Positions 28,279 to 36,101 of a DNA stretch of 60,912 nt are shown here, piece by piece. Where the stretch lies: NCBI GenBank assembly GCA_965612795.1, contig CBFDTI010000002.1:1-60912 (forward strand), given 5' to 3'. How positions within the stretch are numbered: the stretch's first letter is position 1; every line of letters starts with the position of its first letter. The notes below the pieces were generated by a model that saw only the letters and a program-made list of their open reading frames with translations, made no database searches and was not told the DNA's origin. Origin of the DNA: an uncultured bacterium. GTDB taxonomy: Bacteria > Hydrothermota > UBA3073 > NMUJ01. The position numbers and the translations under genes were made by a program.

Positions 28279-28659
28279 ATGAAGAATATGACGCATAGTT
28301 TGGAAGATTATCTTGAAACTATCTGGTTATTGAGCCGCGAACGTAAGGTTGTACGTGTGAAAGATGTTGCTAGCCGTTTGGGGGTGACAACTTCATCGGT
28401 GGTTGAAGCCCTCCATAACCTCGAGCAACGTGGGCTCATCATCCACGAACGCTACGGTTATATTGATCTCACCCCTGAAGGTGAAACCTCCGGTGCGCTC
28501 ATCTATAACAAACATTCGTTACTTTACGAATTTCTCACCCGTGTATTGGGTGTATCACCAGAGGTTGCCGACCGTGATGCATGTAATATTGAACACTACA
28601 TAAGTATGGAGACACTTGAAAAGCTATCTGAATTTATGAAGTCTTACAATACCCAATAA
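28279..28659 (+). CDS. DtxR/MntR-family metal-dependent transcriptional repressor (short form)
   Basis: EDYLETIWLL..VRVKDVASRLGVTTSSVVEALHNLEQRGLI winged HTH plus a dimerisation helix region. Confidence 0.8.
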   Translation: MKNMTHSLEDYLETIWLLSRERKVVRVKDVASRLGVTTSSVVEALHNLEQRGLIIHERYGYIDLTPEGETSGALIYNKHSLLYEFLTRVLGVSPEVADRDACNIEHYISMETLEKLSEFMKSYNTQ

Positions 28660-28743
28660 TCTGGATTATCTACCGCTATATTAGCATATTCAAATTCGAA
28701 ATTGTCGAGCGATTAGGACTCTTAGTACAATACATTTCAAGCT

Positions 28744-29175
28744 TTATTTAGCAGTGGGTTCACTTTTACCTTGCATAATACGATAGATATTTTCTACACC
28801 GTGATTGTCGCTTTTCTTTAGGTTTTTCTCTATCTTCTCGAGCAATTCCTTTGAATCATAAGGTTTACGAATGAAATCGTCCGCCCCTGCTCGTATACAT
28901 TCATCTTCGATCTCAATCGTACCCATTGCGGTAATGGCAACGATGGGGATGTCTCTCGTTATGGGGAGTTCTTTTAACCTTTTGATCACTTCTAACCCAT
29001 GTGTATCCGGTAGGAACATGTCCATTAAGATCAGGTCCGGCTTTTCCTTTATTGCAATCCTTATGCCGTCGTTACCATTCTCTGCTGTTAGAACCTGATA
29101 CTTATTTGCTTCGAGTCTCACCTTGATAAGGTATAACTGATCGGGTTCATCCTCTATCAATAATATCTTCGCCAT
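28744..29175 (-). CDS. Single-domain response regulator (CheY-like receiver)
   Basis: ILLIEDE..DLILMDMFLPDTHG..AITA..K receiver motifs. No output domain. Confidence 0.85.
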   Translation of the reverse strand: MAKILLIEDEPDQLYLIKVRLEANKYQVLTAENGNDGIRIAIKEKPDLILMDMFLPDTHGLEVIKRLKELPITRDIPIVAITAMGTIEIEDECIRAGADDFIRKPYDSKELLEKIEKNLKKSDNHGVENIYRIMQGKSEPTAK

Positions 29176-29223
29176 TTATGCTCCTTAATAACATAACTAA
29201 CCCCCAACCTTTAACTTATTATG

Positions 29224-30957
29224 CTAAACACGCAACTTTCTAAGCATCTCATCTGCATCACTTGCATCTCCAGGATAAAATGCTACGTTCGCAATAAATT
29301 GTAATCCCACCCCCATATCTTGTTTTGATATGAATGCACTTAATTTCTGTGTAGCCTCATCCATTACGTCTACTGCATCCTCTCTGTTGGTATTGGTTAG
29401 GATAACAAGTATCTCTCCAGTATCGGTAAATATGATATCGTCCCCCTTCTCCACAACATTTTTAATAACCTCCGCACTGTCCTTGAGTAATTTTCTTGCT
29501 TTTTGAGGTAGTTGATTCGATAATTCTTTGAAATTGACAAACTCAAATAGGATAGCTGCTAGTTGACTGTTATCTTTTAATGCATGTTTTATACCTTTTA
29601 AGAGACGTTCTTTGAGAATCTCATCTGAACTTAACTTCGGGAGCGAAAAATAGAAATTCGATCCCTTCCCCGGTTTGCTCTTGACCCAGATTTTGCCTTT
29701 GTGTAGTTCAATGATTCCCTTGGAAATTGTTAGACCCAGGCCTACCCCTTTTGTACCGGGGCCGTACTTTCGGTTGAATTGAGTGAATTTATCAAAAACC
29801 CTAGGTAAATCTTGTTCGGAAATTCCAATCCCCGTATCTTGAACTGAGACTACCACTTCATGGTCTCTCTCCTCACAGGTGACTGTAATCTTACCTTTTG
29901 GCGTGAATTTAATAGCGTTAGAGAGGAGGTTCACCAGAACACGGTTAATCTCGTGAGGATCACAGTAGAGATTTACAGCTCGAGCTGGAAGTTCATAACG
30001 CAATGCAATTCCTTTCTCTTTTGCCTGATGTTTGAAATCGTCAACGGTGCTTTTGATCAGATCAGTAAAATTTACAAGCCTCTTCTCCAACTGCATCATA
30101 CCTGATTCGATCTTTGAGATATAAAATAGAGAATCTATTATACTCGTGAGCCTCTCAGTGTTCCTCCATGCGGCATCTAAGATGTGCTTTTGTTTCCCAG
30201 CAAGCTCCCCTGGGATGCCATCAATAAGGAGGCTTATCGCTTCCTTCATGATGGAGAGTGGGGTCCTAAGTTCGTGGGAGATAGCGGCAATGAATGCATT
30301 TTTCAATTTATCTATTTTTTTACGCTCAGTAATGTCGCGGATTAGTACGAAATAAGCGGGCTTTCCTTCCCATTCGATTTCCATTGTGCAGGTCTCCCCT
30401 ATCCTCTTTTCACCTGTGGCGGAGAAGATCTCAATTTCAGTTGTTTCCCCTGGGATGATTGGAAAGCTTAGGAAAGAATTCAGAAGCTCCTCTTTCTTAC
30501 AACCCAAAAGTAGGCATGCGACGGGGTTAACAAAGAGAACTTTACCCTCTTTGTCTAGGAGCAGAACACCATCTGGATATTTATCCACAAGGATGGCAAG
30601 ATTGCGTCGCTCTTCCTCAATTTGTTTCTTTGCTTCGAGAATTTGGTGTGACCGCTTTTCTACCAGTTTTTCAAGGTGATCTTTATAAGTTTGTAACACT
30701 TCTTCTATTTTTTGGCGTTGCAAGATCTCCGCATCCCGTTCTCTTAAAAGACGACGGGCATACACCAGAAACCCTATAGCCAGAGTGAGCATAGCAAAAA
30801 GGAGTGTGTCTAACTCTAACCTGTCATGAAGTATGATGAAATCAATCGCCTTATTCCCAAATTTATACACGATCTCTATTATGAGGAAGAGCATTACAAC
30901 GACAATACTTAAAAGAAATAACAATAAATACCTTCTTTTTTTACTGCCTAACTCCAT
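29224..30957 (-). CDS. Membrane sensor histidine kinase: 2 TM + coiled coil + PAS + HisKA + HATPase + C-terminal degenerate GGDEF-like domain
   Basis: H-box SHELRTPL. N/G boxes LLSNAIKFT, DTGIGI, GLGLTI. The extra ~135-aa tail has DTGEI in place of GGDEF. Confidence 0.85.
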   Translation of the reverse strand: MELGSKKRRYLLLFLLSIVVVMLFLIIEIVYKFGNKAIDFIILHDRLELDTLLFAMLTLAIGFLVYARRLLRERDAEILQRQKIEEVLQTYKDHLEKLVEKRSHQILEAKKQIEEERRNLAILVDKYPDGVLLLDKEGKVLFVNPVACLLLGCKKEELLNSFLSFPIIPGETTEIEIFSATGEKRIGETCTMEIEWEGKPAYFVLIRDITERKKIDKLKNAFIAAISHELRTPLSIMKEAISLLIDGIPGELAGKQKHILDAAWRNTERLTSIIDSLFYISKIESGMMQLEKRLVNFTDLIKSTVDDFKHQAKEKGIALRYELPARAVNLYCDPHEINRVLVNLLSNAIKFTPKGKITVTCEERDHEVVVSVQDTGIGISEQDLPRVFDKFTQFNRKYGPGTKGVGLGLTISKGIIELHKGKIWVKSKPGKGSNFYFSLPKLSSDEILKERLLKGIKHALKDNSQLAAILFEFVNFKELSNQLPQKARKLLKDSAEVIKNVVEKGDDIIFTDTGEILVILTNTNREDAVDVMDEATQKLSAFISKQDMGVGLQFIANVAFYPGDASDADEMLRKLRV

Positions 30958-31191
30958 CCCACTACTATGACCTTCTCCTAAAAACTATAAATACACGTCC
31001 TACAGTGTAATCCCTTACCACAAAAGGAGATCGAGCATCTAAAACTACCTCATCTGAAACATGAAAAATATTACCTAAAATGCACCCTCTTCGATAAAAA
31101 TAAAACTTATAAAAAAATAATTTACACTGACCTTCTTCCCTCACTTTTTAAAAATTTAAGCCCTATACAAGTTCCCACAACCCCCAATAGT

Positions 31192-31602
31192 TCAACATTT
31201 TGTATCAAAATGATACAGAAATTGTCTGAATCTTGTGGATTTGTACCCTATATCTTGGGCTACTTGTTTCCACAGTTTACCCTCTTTACGTAGCATTATC
31301 GCGTACATCATTTTTAGGTTACGTAAATACCTACCGGGAGTCACTCCGTATGCGTTTTTAAAGTGGCGGATTATCGTAAATCTGCTTTTGTTAAAAATAT
31401 CTTGCAGCTGTTTAGTAGAATGTAGTTCACAGAAATGTGTATCAATATAGGATTTAACCTGTTCCGCAAAAGATCCGCCACTGTATGGGCATAACCATAG
31501 TACCCCGATATACTTCCCTTCTTTGTCCTTGAGAAATGTTTTCAATTTCGATATCGCTTCATCTAATGTACTGAATTCGAGCTTGTATCTTTCGATTGCC
31601 AT
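31192..31602 (-). CDS. Small AraC-type HTH transcriptional regulator
   Basis: The C-terminal ~90 aa show the AraC double-HTH pattern (..FNKSRFTIIRHFKNAYGVTPGRYLRNLKM..VAQDIGYKS). The N-terminal ~45 aa are unassigned. Confidence 0.55.
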   Translation of the reverse strand: MAIERYKLEFSTLDEAISKLKTFLKDKEGKYIGVLWLCPYSGGSFAEQVKSYIDTHFCELHSTKQLQDIFNKSRFTIIRHFKNAYGVTPGRYLRNLKMMYAIMLRKEGKLWKQVAQDIGYKSTRFRQFLYHFDTKC

Positions 31603-31604
31603 CT

Positions 31605-34430
31605 TTATTTCTGTCTTAATCTTTCCAATAATCTTTTGGCCAATGTATCGTATGGGTTAGCTTCTATCCATTTCTCTAACACAAACATCGCCACCTGTGT
31701 ATCACCACGTTGCATCGCCATCTGGTACATACCACCTATGACATCAGGATTACGTAACACTCCACGCAACATCTCATATGCTTTATTCATATCACCTTTA
31801 CTTAGGTACAAATGGGCCAACCCATAGTATCCGTATGGCGAATTCGCATCCGTTGCCTGTGCCATACGGTAATTCTCTTCCGCCTTTATGGTGTCACCCT
31901 TCAAGCGATACGATTCACCCAACCAGAAGTAGTCCTCTGCGGAGAGCTGTTCACCCTTTTTCTGCTTCTCCTTTATGTAAGCAACAAACTTATCAGGTGC
32001 ACCCATCCGCAGGTACGCCTCCCTAAGGTAGTACCCAATCGGCATGTATTCGGTGGCTCTTTTGCTAAATTTTTCTGCCTTTGTGAAGCACTCGGCTGCA
32101 CGTGCATACTGACCACGCCGATAATACTCCATACCTAGTAAGAAATACATTGTTGTGTAGTTAGCAAGTAACCTCTGCAATGTTTTATCGTCCTTCTGCA
32201 CATTTTCATCAAATATTGACCGATACCTATATACTCTGTTAAGTAACGAATCCGTACGTGCAAGGTCGAACCCTGCCGAATCCTTAGGCACCAGCCGTTG
32301 CACCATACCCTCCCATCTGAGGTAAGGCTGGTAGGGGTCAGCTACCGAGCGTGCTACTGTCATCGATATGTAGATTGGTATCCTACCTTTATAGTTAGTA
32401 CATACGAGTTGAGCAAACTCCTCCGCCGGTATCAAATACTCCTTGGGTAACATCACCCAGTACTTCTTGGGTAGCACCCTCATATAATCTGATGGCGATA
32501 TGATCACCTCTTCAGGTGAAAAGTATCGCTGATACTCAGGTGGTAAGAACTCGCGCCTTATGTATGCAGGTACGGTTTTTTCAAACCTTATCCCTGCATT
32601 GCTTGCAATGATATCACGCATGGCAATATCCTGTATCTGTATGGTATGTTTGGGGTCGAACTCATCATCCTTTATCATCGGCATCGGCAACAGATTATGT
32701 ATCTCGTAGTCGGAGAAGCTCAGAAATACGCTATCCTTAGCCAGCTCCTTCTTCAACTGTATAATGAACCAGTCCGTATTCAGTAGTGATAAATTAGCAA
32801 TACGTACGGATTGCTTGAACCCCCTCACCCATTGTACAAACCACAGTGGAAACGTATCGTTATCACCATTAGTAAACAGTACGCTATTATCCTTACACGA
32901 TGCAAGCAAGTTATATCCGTAATCCTCAGCTATGTACAGGTTATACCTGTTAGCATGTGAATACATGTTGAAGATTAGGGGCACCACCCCCATGATAGCT
33001 AACATCGGTGTTATAGCTCTGCGGTAACGACGTAACTGATCCAATATCTCATACCCCGCAATCCCCAAGAATATGCCAAACAGCAGGAACGATGCACCAA
33101 AGAAATAGTGGCGCTCACGTACCTCATCGGGTTCATGTTTGGGGTTAGGATCTGATGGCGAAAACTTAAAGTTCACGTACAGCACCACGCCTGCACTCGT
33201 AAGGAAGTATACAGTGAATAGCAACACAAACAACTCCGGGTGATACTTATACAACAGGAACATACCCCAGAACCCACCGAAAATAAACATCAACGCCAAC
33301 ATTAACGATATAAACCGTATCCCATAGGGGTATTGACGTGAATTCCATGCAGTTTCACGCGGGTATACCCCATATTGCCACAATAGATATCTACCATAGA
33401 ACTTAAACTGTTCGTAAAATGCACGTGGTAACGAATATCCCGTTTTTATCTGTGTGTTACGTGGAAAGAAATACCACTTACCATATTGCTCGCGATTGAA
33501 TACACGCATTATGCTCTTCCAATCCTTGGGTGCAACCTCGTTTATTGGTGGTTCCTGTGCCGCACGTATCTTTAGGTAGAAGTACGGTGTCCATGCAGTT
33601 AGAATTACCACCGGCAGTATAAGTGCATGTACTGAACGTCTCATCCTATCCCAATATGGTAACAATCCCAGTAACGTTATCCCAAACAGTACCGCACCCG
33701 CCATGGTGAAGTCCAGGCGCCACGGTTTTGCACTGTATGCCCTTATCGCACCCACTATTATGAAGTAGAGTACAATGAGCATAATTATCTCCTTGAAGTA
33801 AGGTTTAAGATCACGCCTCCGTACAAATAGCGCAAACAACAGTACTGCTGGTGCCGCCAGTATACCCGTAAAGTGTACGGTAACACTTAATGCACTCAAA
33901 TACGCTATAAGTAGTATATATTTGATAGCATCTGGCTCATCTTTATGATCGTACCATTTAATTGCAAGGAACAAGTTAAACGTTATCAAAAACGTAGCCA
34001 ACACATATGCTTCACTTTCCACCGCATTCCACCATGGTGTAAATGAGAAAGCCCCTATAGTGGCACCCAAAAATGCAGCCGTATGGGCGGTTATGTGGTC
34101 CCACACATCTGCAAACCTATTCTTCCTTACCGCTATTATTATACGCAGTATAAAATAGTATATAAACGTGGCACTTATCGCCCCAAGTATGGTAGATAAC
34201 AGGTTGGACCGTAACGCAATATCACGTACTGGGATTACTAACATCGCGAACTTACGTAACAATACATGTAGTGGTGAGCCTGGCGGATGCGGTATCCCGA
34301 GTATGTTTGCACACGAAAGATATTCACCACAATCCCAAAACGATACCGTAGGTGCCACCGTAATCCTGTATATTATCCAGATCCAGACAAAGAACAGCCA
34401 AAACCCAATATTTATCTCCTTGCGGCTCAT
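31605..34430 (-). CDS. DUF2723 (TMEM260/PMT-like) polytopic membrane glycosyltransferase-like protein with a C-terminal TPR domain
   Basis: N-terminal VAPTVSFWDCGEYLSCANILGIPHPPGSPL motif, more than 10 TM helices, and a C-terminal ~200 aa of TPR repeats. Confidence 0.7.
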   Translation of the reverse strand: MSRKEINIGFWLFFVWIWIIYRITVAPTVSFWDCGEYLSCANILGIPHPPGSPLHVLLRKFAMLVIPVRDIALRSNLLSTILGAISATFIYYFILRIIIAVRKNRFADVWDHITAHTAAFLGATIGAFSFTPWWNAVESEAYVLATFLITFNLFLAIKWYDHKDEPDAIKYILLIAYLSALSVTVHFTGILAAPAVLLFALFVRRRDLKPYFKEIIMLIVLYFIIVGAIRAYSAKPWRLDFTMAGAVLFGITLLGLLPYWDRMRRSVHALILPVVILTAWTPYFYLKIRAAQEPPINEVAPKDWKSIMRVFNREQYGKWYFFPRNTQIKTGYSLPRAFYEQFKFYGRYLLWQYGVYPRETAWNSRQYPYGIRFISLMLALMFIFGGFWGMFLLYKYHPELFVLLFTVYFLTSAGVVLYVNFKFSPSDPNPKHEPDEVRERHYFFGASFLLFGIFLGIAGYEILDQLRRYRRAITPMLAIMGVVPLIFNMYSHANRYNLYIAEDYGYNLLASCKDNSVLFTNGDNDTFPLWFVQWVRGFKQSVRIANLSLLNTDWFIIQLKKELAKDSVFLSFSDYEIHNLLPMPMIKDDEFDPKHTIQIQDIAMRDIIASNAGIRFEKTVPAYIRREFLPPEYQRYFSPEEVIISPSDYMRVLPKKYWVMLPKEYLIPAEEFAQLVCTNYKGRIPIYISMTVARSVADPYQPYLRWEGMVQRLVPKDSAGFDLARTDSLLNRVYRYRSIFDENVQKDDKTLQRLLANYTTMYFLLGMEYYRRGQYARAAECFTKAEKFSKRATEYMPIGYYLREAYLRMGAPDKFVAYIKEKQKKGEQLSAEDYFWLGESYRLKGDTIKAEENYRMAQATDANSPYGYYGLAHLYLSKGDMNKAYEMLRGVLRNPDVIGGMYQMAMQRGDTQVAMFVLEKWIEANPYDTLAKRLLERLRQK

Positions 34431-36100
34431 TTATCACCTCCTTTAAGTAAGGCCTTTGCATGTTGTAATGCTGTATCGCTTATCTTCTTACCTGCAAGCA
34501 AGTATGCAATCTCCTGTATACGTTCTTCGTCTGATAACGGTGCCAACCTTGTACATGTACGTTCTTTGGTGACTTCCTTCCATACCTTAAAGTGGCGTTC
34601 ACCTTTGGATGCTATCTGTGGTAGATGTGTGATACATATTATTTGATGGCTATCCGCAAGCCTATCCATACGCTCACCCACTATATCGGCAATCCTACCG
34701 CTAACCCCTGCATCTATCTCGTCAAACACCAATATAGAGATGGTATCCCTTTCCGCCAGTATCGACTTAAGTGCCAACATCGTTCGTGATAGCTCACCAC
34801 CTGATGCTATCTTGCGAAGTGGCCCCAACGGTTCGCCTGGATTTGCGGAGAATAGGAATTCAACCTTATCTTTACCAGTGGCATCTATTTCTTTTGTTTC
34901 GATTCTCACCCTAAACCTCGCATTAGGCATACCCAGCGCACGTAATTCAGTCTCTACCTTTTGCTCGAGCTGATGTTTACCAGTACGACGTAACTCCGAA
35001 AGTTCACCCGCTAATCTTTCCACTTCCTCACGAAGTTCATGTTCACGCTGTCGAAGCTTATCAACCTCCATCTCACCTAAATCTAAGCTTGCCAGTTCCT
35101 GCTTTAACTTTTCGTAATATTCGAGCAACTCCTTAACACTGGACTTACCATAGCGACGTTTCGCCTCCTGTAGCTCCATATACCTGCTACGTAGTGCATC
35201 CAGTTCATCGGGTGAGTACTCAATATTTGATTTAATATCCTCAAGAAATGGCACGATATCTTCCAACTCGTAAAGTATGGACTCAAGCTGTGAAAGATAC
35301 CTATCTGCGCCATCCACATATTGTTGAAGTGAACCCCATTTTTTCACAATTTGGTTAATTTTATCGAGTACCGCTTCTTCGTCCGCATATAGTAAATCGT
35401 AAAGCTCATTCACCAAGCTAGCGATCGTTTCACTGTTCTCCAGCAACTTAATCCTTGACACAAGCTCCTCTTCTTCGCCCTCGTGTAGGTTGAGCTTCTC
35501 GAGTCGCTCAATCTCAAACTTATAGAAATCGGCTTTCTCACGCATATCGCTTAGTCGATTAAGTAAGCTATCCAGTTCGCGTCGCTGTTTGACCCATTCT
35601 TCCCATATGTGGGTGAGTTGCTCCCTTTTTGCTTCAATATCAAGGAACGCATCTAAAAACAGTAGGTGATTTCTGGGGTCAAGTAATGACTGATGCGTAT
35701 GCTGGCCATGGAAATCGCATATCGTCTCCCCTATCTCACGTAACACCTTAATTGGTACAGGGGATGCATTTACCCATGCACGGCTTCTACCATCGCGTGT
35801 GATTGTACGTTTAAGGAATAGCTCATTTTGTTCAAAACATATACCCCAGCGGTTTGCTATGTGGTTAGCAAAGTCGTCTGCTACTTGGAAATACCCCTCA
35901 ACGGTGGCTACATCCGTACCTGCCCGTATGTCGTCCGTACTAGTCTTACCACCCAGTAACACTTCGAGTGCATGCACAAATATGGTCTTACCTGCACCTG
36001 TCTCACCGGTTACAATATTAAGACCAGATGCTAAGTCGATTTTCACATCCTCTATTAATGAAAAATTACGTATGCGGATCTCTTTTAAAGCGGCTAACAT
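34427..36100 (-). CDS. recN: DNA repair protein RecN
   Basis: Walker A GETGAGKT, long coiled coil, SGGE signature, Walker B LVFDEIDAG. Confidence 0.9.
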   Translation of the reverse strand: MLAALKEIRIRNFSLIEDVKIDLASGLNIVTGETGAGKTIFVHALEVLLGGKTSTDDIRAGTDVATVEGYFQVADDFANHIANRWGICFEQNELFLKRTITRDGRSRAWVNASPVPIKVLREIGETICDFHGQHTHQSLLDPRNHLLFLDAFLDIEAKREQLTHIWEEWVKQRRELDSLLNRLSDMREKADFYKFEIERLEKLNLHEGEEEELVSRIKLLENSETIASLVNELYDLLYADEEAVLDKINQIVKKWGSLQQYVDGADRYLSQLESILYELEDIVPFLEDIKSNIEYSPDELDALRSRYMELQEAKRRYGKSSVKELLEYYEKLKQELASLDLGEMEVDKLRQREHELREEVERLAGELSELRRTGKHQLEQKVETELRALGMPNARFRVRIETKEIDATGKDKVEFLFSANPGEPLGPLRKIASGGELSRTMLALKSILAERDTISILVFDEIDAGVSGRIADIVGERMDRLADSHQIICITHLPQIASKGERHFKVWKEVTKERTCTRLAPLSDEERIQEIAYLLAGKKISDTALQHAKALLKGGDK

Positions 36101-36101
36101 A

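Noticed and set aside
30958-31191. AT-rich 234-bp intergenic region with A/T runs
   Set aside because: It is most simply the promoter/UP region of the histidine kinase operon plus the 3' end of the AraC-like gene. No repeat or structured element is evident.
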